A program made the translations under genes and the position numbers. The notes beneath the pieces were generated by a model, which did not search any database, was not told where the DNA came from, and was given only the letters and a program-made list of their open reading frames with translations. From Eledone cirrhosa (lineage: Eukaryota): a DNA stretch of 64,000 bases. Shown piece by piece: positions 29,046 to 41,509 of the stretch; position 1 is the stretch's first letter, and every line of letters begins with the position of its first letter. The stretch lies in NCBI GenBank assembly GCA_964016885.1, contig OZ024754.1:44702001-44766000 (forward strand). Direction: 5' to 3'.

Positions 29046-29251
29046 GTTTGAAATAGAAAAGAAATTGCGACAGGCAAAGAAGAAAGATCAAAAGGGGAAA
29101 AAGAAGTCTTCCTCCGACTCAGGTTCACGACAAGTTGCCACACCGAGTCAGCGGAGCCAAGAACGACGTAAAAACATTGAGGACAAGAGGGACAGCAAGA
29201 TGTCTGCCTTTAAGAATCTGAAGGCTAGGAGAGAAGAGAAGAAAACTAAAG
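29046..29251 (+). CDS. RTF1: Rtf1 coding exon 5
   Basis: ttag|G (R)FEIEKKLRQAKKK...LKARREEKKTK G|gtttgt. Confidence 0.92.
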
Positions 29252-29367
29252 GTTTGTATAGGGCTTTATACTCTCCCTCTCCTCACTCTTTCTCTCCCTC
29301 TCACTCACTTCCATCAGTCTATCATTAGACTGCAGTGTCATTCTCTTACTCTACTCTTTCTCTTCAG

Positions 29368-29599
29368 AGATTGCAATCAAAGAGCAACAGAAAAAGAAGC
29401 TGGCCGTGAACCACATCTACTCAGATGATGATGATGACGACGATGATGATGATGATGATGATGCTGCAGATAGTACTAATAAAGAAGAGAGCAGTCGGAA
29501 GAGTGAGCGAGAAGAAAAGCACAAGAAAGCAGACTCTTCATCATCATCAGACTCCAGCGATGATCGCTCATCAGCTTCCTCAGACTCCGACTCAAATGG
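29368..29599 (+). CDS. RTF1: Rtf1 coding exon 6
   Basis: ttcag| EIAIKEQQKKKLAVNHIYSDDDD...SDSN GG|gtaggt. Acidic, Ser-rich. Confidence 0.88.
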
Positions 29600-29618
29600 G
29601 TAGGTGTCCTCGCATCGC

Positions 29619-31240
29619 TATTGTATTGTCACAGTAAAGGCTTTACCACACATAATATCTCACATAACATTTACATTACTCTATATATACTATTGTATTT
29701 TCACAGTAAAGGCTTTACCTCACATAATATCTCACATAACATTTACATTACTCTATATATACTATTGTATTTTCACAGTAAAGGCTTTACCTCACATAAT
29801 ATCTCACATAACATTTACATTACTCTATATATACTATTGTATTTTCACAGTAAAGGCTTTACCTCACATAATATCTCACATAACATTTACATTACTCTAT
29901 ATATACTATTGTATTTTCACAGTAAAGGCTTTACCTCACATAATATTTCACATAACATTTACATTACTCTATATATACTATTGTATTTTCACAGTAAAGG
30001 CTTTACCACACATAATATCTCCCATAACATTTACATTACTCTATATATACTATTGTATTTTCACAGTAAAGGCTTTACCTCACATAATATTTCACATAAC
30101 ATTTACATTACTCTATATATACTATTGTATTTTCACAGTAAAGGCTTTACCACACATAATATCTCACATAACATTTACATTACTCTATATATACTATTGT
30201 ATTTTCACAGTAAAGGCTTTACCACACATAATATCTCCCATAACATTTACATTACTCTATATATACTATTGTATTTTCACAGTAAAGGCTTTACCTCACA
30301 TAATATCTCACATAACATTTACATTACTCTATATATACTATTGTATTTTCACAGTAACGGCTTTACCTCACATAATATCTCACATAACATTTACATTACT
30401 CTATATATACTATTGTATTTTCACAGTAAAGGCTTTACCACACATAATATCTCCCATAACATTTACATTACTCTATATATACTATTGTATTTTCACGGTA
30501 AAGGCTTTACCTCACATAATATCTCACATAACATTTACATTACTCTATATATACTATTGTATTTTCACAGTAAAGGCTTTACCACACATAATATCTCCCA
30601 TAACATTTACATTACTCTATATATACTATTGTATTTTCACAGTAAAGGCTTTACCTCACATAATATCTCACATAACATTTACATTACTCTATATATACTA
30701 TTGTATTTTCACAGTAACGGCTTTACCTCACATAATATCTCACATAACATTTACATTACTCTATATATACTATTGTATTTTCACAGTAAAGGCTTTACCA
30801 CACATAATATCTCCCATAACATTTACATTACTCTATATATACTATTGTATTTTCACGGTAAAGGCTTTACCTCACATAATATCTCACATAACATTTACAT
30901 TACTCTATATATACTATTGTATTTTCACAGTAAAGGCTTTACCTCACATAATATCTCCATAACATTTACATTACTCTATATATACTATTGTATTTTCACG
31001 GTAAAGGCTTTACCTCACATAATATCTCACATAACATTTACATTACTCTATATATACTATTGTATTTTCACAGTAAAGGCTTTACCTCACATAATATCTC
31101 ACATAACATTTACATTACTCTATATATACTATTGTATTTTCACAGTAAAGGCTTTACCTCACATAATATCTCACATAACATTTACATTACTCTATATATA
31201 CTATTGTATTTTCACGGTAAAGGCTTTACCTCACATAATA
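29619..31240. repeat. 72-bp minisatellite, about 22.5 copies, derived from the piggyBac-type MITE
   Basis: Unit tattgtattttcacagtaaaggctttacctcacataatatctcacataacatttacattactctatatatac. The array runs into the MITE right half ending ctaaagggttaa at 31372. Confidence 0.93.
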
Positions 31241-32206
31241 TTGAATCTACGAGTTTTTGATATTATTTATTTTGAGAACAATACCTTAATATCAGTATGA
31301 ATGGCCAGTTAAAGCCAGTTTGAACAGAAAGAGGTGAGAGAATTCTAGACAGTTTAAATGCTAAAGGGTTAACATAAGTATGAGCAGCCGATTTGAATAG
31401 AGGGAATTCTGGTCAGATACGGCTAGTCTAAATGCTAAAGGGTTAAAGTTGCTTGTTTTTACAATTTTATTCTTTTATTTAAATATAACTTCCTAGAACC
31501 CCCCCCCAAATAGAAAGAAAGAAAGTCCTGTCTTTATTGGCCCTTCAGATACATAACCATCTGTATTTCCTTCCCTTTCAGCTCCTCAGTTCACATATTC
31601 ACATGCATGAGATAACAATAGGAATCTCATTAAACTATAGTTTCAAATAATTTATTCAACTAATTCTCTATCTGCCCACAAGCTGTTCTACACAATTACA
31701 ATGTTCAACAGATTGACTGAAGAAGGTCAATTTATTGCAAAATTGAATCACAGAAAGAACGAAAAGAAAACTAAAATAGGAAGTTATCATAGCAAGAATT
31801 TAATTTTTTTTTTATTGTTAGTTGAAAATTAAAACAGTAATTACATTTAAATTACTTTTACAATTACTAATGCTACTAGTAAAATGTTAATAATGTGTGG
31901 CCTAGTGGTAAGGGTGTTGGACTTGTGATCATAATGTTGTGGGTTTGATTCCTGGGCTGTGTTTTGTGGTAAAGGCTTTATCTTACATAATTACCTCACA
32001 TAATATCGAATCTATGAGGTTTTGATATTTATTTTGAGAACAATACCTTTAACATCAGTATGAGTGGCCAGTTACAGCTGGTTTGAACAGAAAGAGGTGA
32101 GATAATTCTGACCAGATATGGCCAGTTTAAATACTAAAGGGTTAACACTCTTTTTCCTGTTGTAGCATAAAAATCAACTAATTCTTATCTGGTTCCTCTA
32201 TTGCAG

Positions 32207-32293
32207 TAGTCCAAAATCCCGCAAAAAAAGCACAGTTTATGCCACCAGAGATGATTTATCTAAGATACGACTTTCACGCAACAAAATGGAAAG
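32207..32293 (+). CDS. RTF1: Rtf1 coding exon 7 (start of Plus3 domain)
   Basis: ttgcag| SPKSRKKSTVYATRDDLSKIRLSRNKME R|gtgagt. Confidence 0.92.
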
Positions 32294-32927
32294 GTGAGTA
32301 TATTTTCATCACGTTACTATTTGAATTCTCGTTTCACCAGAGTTAACTTCCAGTATGTCATTCATCATTGTTACCATTTAACATCTGTTTTCCCTACTAG
32401 AAAGGGTTGGGCAGGTCTTCATGGACAGAGTCAGTACTGAAGCAGGTCTTACTGACCTCCCAGACAGGTCAGCACTTCCCATGTTCTACTGAGTACATAT
32501 TACTGTGGCACCAGCACTAGAGGTTGTCAAGTCATCGATACAACTGAGCGGTGTAGATCACCAACACTAGAGTGGCTGGGGGTGAGTTTAGTTGGTGATG
32601 TCCTCTTCTACAAATGTGTAACTGTATGTCAATATAAAGAACATTCTCAGGATTATTATCATCATCATCATCATTATTATTATTAGGGCGGTGGATTGGC
32701 AGTATTGGTAGAGCGTTGGACACCTACTTCGCGGCATAGAGTTATGGCCCTTTACATTTTGAGTTTAAATTCCACTGAAGTTAGCTTTGTCTTTCATTCT
32801 TAAGGGAGTCGATAAAATAGAGTACCAGTAATGCGCTGGGGTCGATTTAACCGATCCCCCCCCCTCCCCTTCAAATTGCTGGACTTGTGCCAAAAATAGA
32901 AACAATTGTTATGTTATTTTATTTTAG

Positions 32928-33018
32928 GTGGTGTCACATGCCCTTTTTCAAAAACACTGTCATGGGTTGCTTTGTACGGATTGGTATTGGAAACCATGAA
33001 GGCCGAGCTATATACAGA
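32928..33018 (+). CDS. RTF1: Rtf1 coding exon 8 (Plus3)
   Basis: [30 protein letters not shown] |gtgagt, characteristic Plus3 sequence. Confidence 0.95.
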
Positions 33019-33734
33019 GTGAGTAGAATACATCTCATCTTTTATTTTCAACTTTTCTCTGACAGACTCCCTTCCCCAACACTGTTTCTCTGCTCCTCAC
33101 CTCGACAGCAGGTCACTGCAGTCCTGCTCCTCTGACACCAGGTTTCTCTCAGTCCTCATGCTCCTTGCTGTAACATCAGGTGCCTCCGTAGTCCTTGTGC
33201 TGTGCTCCTTGCTCCTCACTCTGTACCAGGTCCCTTCCCCCCTCGTGCAGCCCTTCTGTTCTTCTGACACCCTGCTCCTCCCACTCCTTATGTTTCTACC
33301 TTTTGCTCCCCTATCATCTGTTGATGAACCCTGCTCCTACATTCAATAATGTCCTCACAATCACAGACTTTGTTTAGCCCTTAGTCAATGATTATGATCA
33401 AGCAGGCTTCTGGTCAGAATCTATGGCTATCTGATGTAGTTTAACCCCAGTTCCAGCCTTAGTCTGGTAGACACCCTGATCACCTGATAGAGCTCCAGCT
33501 CCTTACCCTACTTTCTTTACAACTGCTATTGTATGACACAGCTCCCCACACAGCTCCTTCCTCACCCCAGCTCATGTTGTATGATGCAGCACCACCCCTA
33601 CGCACACAACCACTGTTGTATGACATAGCCTCCCTACTCCCCATCATCTGTTATATAACCCTGCTCCCTCCCCCAGTCCTACAACCCCTGTTAGAGGTCA
33701 CACCCTCATCAATAACATTCTCCCTTCCTTTCAG

Positions 33735-33817
33735 GTGGCTGAAATAATTGATGTTGTGGAAACATTGAAAATCTATCAACTTGGCTCAGCTCGAACAAAT
33801 AAAGGTGTCCGACTAAG
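33735..33817 (+). CDS. RTF1: Rtf1 coding exon 9 (Plus3)
   Basis: ttcag| [28 protein letters not shown]|gtaaat. Confidence 0.95.
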
Positions 33818-34305
33818 GTAAATAGTTTGGAAAAGAGTTGTTGTGGTTGTGGTGGTACCGGTGGTTGTTGTGGTTGTGGTGGTACCGGTGGTTGTTGTGG
33901 TTATTGTCGTTGTGGTGGTACCGGTGGTTGTGGTTATTGTGGTGGTACCGGTGGTTGTTGTGGTTATTGTGATAGTGGTATCGTTATTGTGGTGCTAGAT
34001 CTAACTGTATATTATACTATTCTATGAACTCTCACTGTGTAGTACACTACTGTATGAGGTCTAACTATATAGTATACTATTCTATGAGTTCTAACTATAT
34101 GATATTCAATTCTATGACCTCTCTGTGCAATATACTATTCTACAAGGTCTAACTATATAGTATATTATTCTACAAGGTCTAACTATGCAATATACAAGGT
34201 CTAACTATATAGTATACTATTCTACAAGGTCTAATTATATGATATACTATTCTACAAGGTCTAACTATGTAGTATACTATTGTGTATTGGTTTTGTCTTG
34301 AGCAG

Positions 34306-34501
34306 GCATGGAGGTGCTGAACGAGTGTACAGGCTAGAGTTTGTATCAAATCAAGATTTCACAGAATCAGAATTCTTCAAATGGAAGGAAGCAATGGCTC
34401 ATGCAGGCATGACATTACCAACCCGAGAAGAAGTAGAGAAGAAAATCTCAGACATAAACAACGCCTTCAACTACAAATTCAAAGATAACGACATTGAAGA
34501 G
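34306..34501 (+). CDS. RTF1: Rtf1 coding exon 10 (Plus3 end)
   Basis: [30 protein letters not shown]...DIEE |gtatgg. Confidence 0.95.
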
Positions 34502-34741
34502 GTATGGTGCTCTTTTATTTTCTCTGGATTGGCAAAATGTTGTGGGGGTAGGGTAGAAGGTGTGGTGGGGTTGTGGTGGAAGGTGTTGTATGTCTTTGGG
34601 TTGTGGTACGTGTGGTGTGTCTTGGGGTTTGTGGTGGAAGGTGTGGTGTGTCTTGGAGGTATGGTGAGTCCTGAAGGTGTGGTTTATGAAGGGTAGAAAG
34701 TCTAATAATTGTTATATATTGTCTTATTTTTTAAATTTCAG

Positions 34742-34819
34742 ATCGTAGCCGAGAAACAGAAATTTAAGAAAAACCCCCATAATTATGCCATGAGGAAAAC
34801 CCTTTTAATGAAACAGAGG
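34742..34819 (+). CDS. RTF1: Rtf1 coding exon 11
   Basis: IVAEKQKFKKNPHNYAMRKTLLMKQR |gtatgt. Confidence 0.93.
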
Positions 34820-34914
34820 GTATGTTATTCTTTGTGTGCATTTTGTTACATACAGAAGTACTGGAGAGAGGAGTTTGATCTGATGACATGAGAATATTTA
34901 GAGCTGTTAGGTTC

Positions 34915-35430
34915 TAGTATAGCTGTAATATAGCTATAGTATAGCTGTAGTATAGCTATAGAATATCTACAGTATAGCTATAGTATAGCTGTAGAATATC
35001 TACAGTATAGCTATAGTATAGCTGTAGAATATCTATAGTATAGCTGTAGAATATCTATAGTATAGCTGTAGAATATCTATAGTATAGCTGTAGAATATCT
35101 ATAGTATAGCTGTAGAATATCTATAGTCTAGCTGTAGTATAGCTATAGTATAGCTGTAGTATAGCTGTAGAATATCTATAGTATAGCTGTAGAATATCTA
35201 TAGTATAGCTGTAGAATATCTATAGTATAGCTGTAGAATATCTATAGTCTAGCTGTAGTATAGCTATAGTATAGCTGTAGTATAGCTGTAGAATATCTAT
35301 AGTATAGCTGTAGAATATCTATAGTATAGCTGTAGAATATCTATAGTCTAGCTGTAGTATAGCTGTAGAATATCTACAGTATAGCTATAGTATACCTGTA
35401 GTATAGCTATAGTATATCTTATAGTATAGC
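34915..35430. repeat. 11/22-bp minisatellite
   Basis: Unit tatagctgtagaatatctatag. A related 30-bp array lies at about 34030-34280. Confidence 0.9.
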
Positions 35431-35645
35431 TACTGGGTTCTGTTGTATAGCTAGAGTATTTTATATGCCTCGACAAAGTTAAAATTCCTTCGGGCTGGGG
35501 GTAGGGGTAATTGACAATCTTGGTGGTGGTGGCGATGTATAGCTTGTCTGTCAAATGACTAGGGAACATCCAGAGATCCCTAAATTTGGAAATGGTATAA
35601 TCTCTGTCTAGTTGACAAGTGTAACTACATTTTGAGATGAAGTGG

Positions 35646-35677
<32 letters not shown>

Positions 35678-35778
35678 ATACGTGGTGAGGATGGGGAAAG
35701 CAGTCAGAGTAATGATGATGATGATGGTACTTATACTGAAAGTGGTGATGGTTGTTGTACTTGTGATGGTGTTGGAGG

Positions 35779-36263
35779 TACAGGTGAAATTCCGTTATAA
35801 CAAAGTTTTCAGTATAACAAAATTCTTCCACTCCCTGAGGTAACACTTGATGTGTTTCGGTCGATCTCGTTATAAAGAATTTTTTTTTATATGAAGGTAC
35901 ATAGCTTAGTGGTTAGAGCATTGGCCTTGGAATTAAAAGGTTGTGAGTTCAATTCTCAGACCGGGTGATGTGTTGTTTCCTTGAGCAAGACACTTTATTT
36001 CACATTGCTCCAGTTTACTCAGCTGTAGAAATGAGATGATAGGGACTGGGATCCCTATCATTCCACTGTAAAGTGGTCGTGTAGGTGCCACAGAAAAAAG
36101 CACCCAGCACTCACTGTAAATGAGGTTGATGTTAGGAAGGGCATCCAGCTGTAGAAATCAAGCCAGAATCAGTTCCCGTCCCACCCTTGAAAGCAGGGAA
36201 AAGTGGACGTAAAATGATGATGATGATTCTTCGTGAATTTCATTATAACAGAATTTCACTGTA
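35779..36263. mobile_element. TA-flanked Tc1/pogo-like MITE interrupted by a SINE
   Basis: Termini tacaggtgaaattccgttataac and attataacagaatttcactgta are imperfect inverted repeats. Related sequence at about 54775-54916. Confidence 0.6.
35895..36227 (+). mobile_element. tRNA-derived SINE with LINE-like (GAT)n 3' tail, nested in a TA-flanked MITE
   Basis: Family-A head, tail aggaagggcatccagctgtagaaa..ggacgtaaaatgatgatgat. Near-identical inverted copy at about 55084-55400. Confidence 0.85.
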
Positions 36264-36295
36264 GTTATGCTGTTGTTGTTGTTGTTGTTATCTAG

Positions 36296-36417
36296 GACCA
36301 GGCAGAAGTGGAAGGACTGAAAGACAAGGCTAAAGATCTGAATAAACAAATTGAAGAATTGGAAGAGAGGGCCACAGAGCTTGACCGGCGTCGTACTAGT
36401 AACATAAACTCAATTAG
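36296..36417 (+). CDS. RTF1: Rtf1 coding exon 12
   Basis: DQAEVEGLKDKAKDLNKQIEELEERATELDRRRTSNINSI S|gttggt. Confidence 0.93.
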
Positions 36418-36697
36418 GTTGGTCAATGTGATTTTATAATCTGTTTACACCCCCCCCCCCCCCCCCCCCCCGTCTCCACACACACACACCCTCTCCTCCG
36501 CTTACCCCCCACCGCATATTCCATCCCTCCCACCCACTCCCCCAATCCCTGCATATCCCCCATATACCCCCCTCACCCCCCCCCCCCCCAACACACACTC
36601 CATCGTCCCACTTATTCCACCCATCTCCCCCCCCCCCATATTTCACCCTCCCCTATTATTCGGGTCCTGAGAGTATATCTTCCATTTCTCTCTTCAG

Positions 36698-36833
36698 TTA
36701 CATTAACCAACGTAATAGAGAGCGAAATATGATAGAAGCTGAGAAGGCTGCCATAGTTGAGGGAGAGGCTGCACGTAAGGCTGAAGCTGACCCCTTCACA
36801 CGTCGAGCTTGTCGGCCCAGTTTAGTAACAAAA
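36698..36833 (+). CDS. RTF1: Rtf1 coding exon 13
   Basis: (S)YINQRNRERN...DPFTRRACRPSLVTK |gtaagt. Confidence 0.94.
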
Positions 36834-37212
36834 GTAAGTCTTTCTTTCTCTCTTTTCTTTCATTTCTATCTCTCTCTCTCTCTTTTCCCCCCTTTCTCTC
36901 TCTCTCTCTCTCTCTTTTCCCCCCTTTCTCTCTCTCTCTCTCTCATACAATTAACCTGTCTATGTAGAGGTTTAGTTTTCCAAACCTGGAGAGGTATGGA
37001 CTCCATCAGGCTTAAAATGCCTCCAAAACTCTGTATGTCAATAAGGCACCCCTACCACTCTATCAGGAGTTACTGGACCATACATACATACTTACATACA
37101 TACATACATACATACTTACATACATACATACATACATACTTACTTTATCACTGAATTCTTTATATGGTTTTAACTTCCAACTTTCATGGAATTCAATTCC
37201 TTTCTCTTGCAG

Positions 37213-37290
37213 GTTCGTGACCCTGAAATATCATCAATAGTAAAAGCCAAACTAGCAGAAGCTACAGCAGCTGAAGATAGGAAAAAACGA
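37213..37290 (+). CDS. RTF1: Rtf1 coding exon 14
   Basis: ttgcag| VRDPEISSIVKAKLAEATAAEDRKKR |gtgagt, phase 0-0. Confidence 0.82.
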
Positions 37291-37411
37291 GTGAGTGGTT
37301 ACTTATGTGGTTTTACTTGATACATTGTTATGGTTAGTTAGGCTCAGGTGAGCTTTGATCCAGCAAATATAATGATTAGAGACACAGGTAGGATTTTTAC
37401 AGTTAAGAAGT

Positions 37412-37845
37412 TTGCGTGGCCTAGTGGAAAGTGTGTTGAACTAACAATCATAATGTTGTGGGGTTTGATTACTGGACTGGGTTGTGTGTTGTGTGGAGTC
37501 TAGTTGGCCTAGTGGTAAGGTTACTTGACTTATGATCATAATGTTGTGGGGTTTGATTCCTGGACTGGGTTGTGTGTTGTGTGGAGTCTAGTGTGGCCTA
37601 GTGGTAAGGTTACTTGACTTATGATCATAATGTTGTGGGGTTTGATTCCTGGACTGGGTTGTGTGTTGTGTGGAGTCTAGTGTGGCCTAGTGGTAAGGTT
37701 ACTTGGCTTATGATCATAATGTTGTGGGGTTTGATTCCTGGACTGGGTTGTGTGTTGTGTGGAGTCTAGTGTGGCCTAGTGGTAAGGTTACTTGGCTTAT
37801 GATCATAATGTTGTGGGGTTTGATTCCTGGACTGGGTTGTGTTTG
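37412..37845 (+). repeat. 89-bp tandem repeat of a SINE head, 5 copies
   Basis: Each unit has tggcctagtgg (A box) and ggtttgattcc (B-box-like). Confidence 0.85.
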
Positions 37846-38623
37846 TGAGTGAAACACTTGATTTCATGTTGCTCCTCATTTCATAACAACTTGGATTTTG
37901 GTCTGATAGAACTGTGTGATGCCTTGGCCATTTGTCTTCTACCTCAACGGCTTGTGAGTGAAATTGTTAGGTGGGATGTGTATGGAAGACTGTTGCATGT
38001 GTGTATGTTTGTGTGTGTCTGCACGTGTGTGTTTGTGCTTGCATATTTCTTCAGGCTGACATTAAGTGATGTTTTAGCTGTGACCAATCAATATTACGAG
38101 ATACAAGCTAACAGCACGAGGCGCTTTGTCTGTTACTCTATCGATTCTGGCATTCATAACCCCTTTTTACCAACATGAGTGTCATGAAGTCATGAAGAGC
38201 GACATGTAGCCTGTTGAGATCTTCATGGCCATACAGTTGTTCCCCGGTAGTCATGAGGGTTACATAAAACTGCAAATATTGGAACAGGGTCCATAAAAAT
38301 GCCTATAAATGTTAAGACTATAACATAAAATATAATAAAAAAAGAGGGAGCGTCTTATGCGAAGGAGCATCTAATAGGCTGGCAAATACGGTATATTGTT
38401 ATTAATAATTTAGCATTAAATAGCGTGAAAAAATATATATTGCTATGAAAAAAGCCATAAAAATCGCAGAAGATATTTATGATTCCGTAAATATGCTGTG
38501 GTTGATTAAATAAAACACCAGTAATACATTGGGGGTTTATTTAATCGACTTTCCCCTTCTCTTCAAATTGTTGGCCTTGAGTCTATAGTAGAAACAGTTC
38601 TAATCATATCATCTCTTCTATAG

Positions 38624-38683
38624 CTGGAAGCAGAAGCCAATGGTGGAGAAGCAACAGTAGAAGCAACAGTGGAACCAAAGCTG
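38624..38683 (+). CDS. RTF1: Rtf1 coding exon 15 (60 nt, possibly cassette)
   Basis: ctcttctatag| LEAEANGGEATVEATVEPKL |gtgagt, phase 0-0. Splice sites are good but the sequence is not recognisably conserved. Confidence 0.65.
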
Positions 38684-39275
38684 GTGAGTGTTCAACCTTC
38701 GTCTACCTGTCCTACCTTCGTCTACCTGTCCTTCGTCATCACTAAGTCACTGTCCTAATCAGAACCACTGATTTGTCAGGTTGACTGTAACATCATCTCA
38801 CATACACTCCCACTCTCTATTGAGTGTGCTGTGTTTTATGGCACCAGTACTAGGGATGTCTTCATGTCCTTGACTCAACTGATGAGTCTTCTATATTCTT
38901 TGTTTGGCAAGTTTCCTGTGGCTAGATGCCATTCCTATGACTAACCATCTTACAAGGTGTATTAGAGAGGTTGTTGTGTCCTCGACACACCAGATAAGTC
39001 CTCTCAACCTTTTTTGGCAGGGTTACTATAGGTTGATACCCTTCATATCACCAACCACCTTTTAGGGTGAACTGGTGCTAATATATTTCATACTGAAAAT
39101 ATCAAGAACAATAACTTGAAATTATGCTGTGGGGATAAAAACATTGGTCCTCTGAGTTATTACAAGCTCAACACCTGAGCCTCAGTGTTACTAGTTCAAC
39201 ACCTTAACCTCACAGCTACTGAGCCTCAGTGTTGTTCTGTCTGTGAGTTAACAAGAGTAAATGATTGTTTTGTAG

Positions 39276-39399
39276 ATTGCTCCAATTGTGCCAGTAGAGA
39301 AACCAGAAGTGAAGAATGTTCCAGAACGGAGAGATTCCGAAGACTTATATGCTGTACATGATTTCGATATCAAAATAGATTTAGAAGTGCCCATGTCAG
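39276..39399 (+). CDS. RTF1: Rtf1 coding exon 16
   Basis: IAPIVPVEK...SEDLYAVHDFDIKIDLEVPMS G|gtgatt, matching the conserved DLFKVHDFDVKIDL motif. Confidence 0.92.
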
Positions 39400-41101
39400 G
39401 TGATTATTTTTTATATTGTTTTGACATTTCGTTATTTCACCCTTTCTTTACCATATTTATAATTAAAGAAGTTGCATATAATTTTTCTATAATTTTGCAA
39501 ATAATCAAGAATTTGGAGGGATTTAGTAATATAATTAATTTTCTCATTATTAAATTGATGTTTGGAACATATAGTTTTTTTTACATAAAATTATGATCGA
39601 AGGTTTATATGAACACTAGTTAAATATGAACACTTTAAAATAAATATTTTAGAACCAGGTTACTGTGCTCTTGCAGAAGTCGACTTTACCTTTCATCCTT
39701 TTGAGGTTAATAAATAAAGTACCGGTCGAATACTGGGGTTGATTCTTCCTCTATATATTTTTCTCACTTCCCCTCTATCACTGTCTCTCTTTTACTTTCT
39801 CTGGAAGAAATTAGACCTGGAGAGAGAAGAGTTGCGCTAAGTTGAAAATGCTGAAACATGCTGTGATAGTACGGCGCCTCTACGACTCCATAAGGAGTTA
39901 TGGGCCTTTGGTTTAAAATGCTGGAGATATGCTGTCAGGACGTTGCCCCTACGAATCAATCATGAGTTATGGGCCTTCTACCTTTCTTTAGAACCAGAGG
40001 TGGTTTGGTATTGGTATCAAAAGGGTTTAACTTATTACTTGCCGTTGGGCTGATGGTAATATCGATAGCGATGGTTTGTTGTTGTCTAGTCCCAGGTCAG
40101 TTCAATCCAGAAAATCCATCATCACAGTTAGGGCCATGTTCTGATCTGGAGAGTGTCAGGAAGGCGTCCCTTTGTGAATGTGCACAGTTAATGTGTTGGG
40201 CTCATGATTGATATGTTGTGGATTGTATCACAAGAATATTGAGTTCTTGAGCAAGGTACACCATTTCTTCAAGTTTATAGTCCAGTCCACTCAGCTTTCA
40301 GAATGAGTACTAGTAACAGCTGGGAGCTGACCTTGTGAGGGATGACATCCTGTCTAGTCGAGTGGAGGGGATGACTTCTCTGTGTATTTGGGAGTCTTGT
40401 ATTCTCAGTTGTTTTCTGGAGGTCGGATTATATCGGCGCTGCCCCAGCACGGCCGTAGTCTTATATGACAGAAACCATTTAAAAAAAAGAAAGAAAAAGT
40501 GATCGAAGTGCGTTAAGACAAAAGTTTAACACAGTATTATCTCCCCTTTACACTTAATACCAGTTGAGACTCACTGTATTACCTCCCTTGTCATTTATTG
40601 CCGCCAGGGTGACTACAAGAAAAAGAGAGAGATGTTTCTGAGTGGCAGATACTAACGGAGGTTACTACTGATCTAAACTGACCTCAATAATGCCATGAGG
40701 TTAACTTTGCCTTTCATCCTTACGGGGTCGATCAAATAAAGTACCAGTAATACACTGGAATAATTGCTGGCCTTGTGCCAAAAGTAGAAACAATTATTAC
40801 TATTATCAATTGGTAGAGGGTTGGATGCCTTGCTTTGCAGCATAGAGTTACGGTCTGAGTTCAAATCCCCGCCGAGGTTAACTTTGCCTTTCATCCTTAC
40901 GGGGGTTGATAAAATAAAGTTCCAGTAATACACTGAGGTAATTGCTGGCCTTGTGTCTAAAGTAGAAACAATTATTGTCGATAAAATAAAGTATCAGTAA
41001 TAAACTGGAGTAATTGTTTGCCTTGTGCCAAAAGTAAAAACATTATTTTTAGTTATGTATATGATGTGGAGTTAATTTCTCTTCAATTCCATCAATTTCA
41101 G

Positions 41102-41208
41102 GATCGTCCATCGTGGCTTACAACCGAACAGCACAGCCAGTAAAAGAAGTGACACCACGAAGGTCATTAAATTTAGAAGACTACAAGAAGCGGCGAGGTT
41201 TAATATAA
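41102..41208 (+). CDS. RTF1: Rtf1 coding exon 17 (terminal)
   Basis: [38 protein letters not shown], the conserved RTF1 C-terminus. Summed CDS is 2109 nt = 702 aa plus stop. Confidence 0.95.
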
Positions 41209-41457
41209 TATTGTTTGAAGGGGGTCGACGAGTGAGCCTGTTATCAGGGGGCACTTTGTATGATAAAAACAAAACAAACAAAAAAATTCAAAAAGGAAAA
41301 GAAAAAAAAAACATTACTAGACTTTTGGTAGATGTGTTTTTTTTTTTTTTAATCTTTTTTCAAGTTTCCAGTTGACTTTCTGGTTGGAGTTGGTCTTATT
41401 TTTCAAATATCATAATTGAACCATGATTTCCTCATCCATTTATTGTCTACACACATA

Positions 41458-41509
<52 letters not shown>

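Noticed and set aside
29604-31300. 452-aa and 559-aa repeat ORFs
   Set aside because: Intronic 72-bp MITE-derived minisatellite.
33827-34027. Cys/Gly-rich ORF resembling metallothionein or keratin-associated protein
   Set aside because: Short (GGT/TGT)n tandem repeat right after the Rtf1 exon 9 donor, with a non-ATG start.
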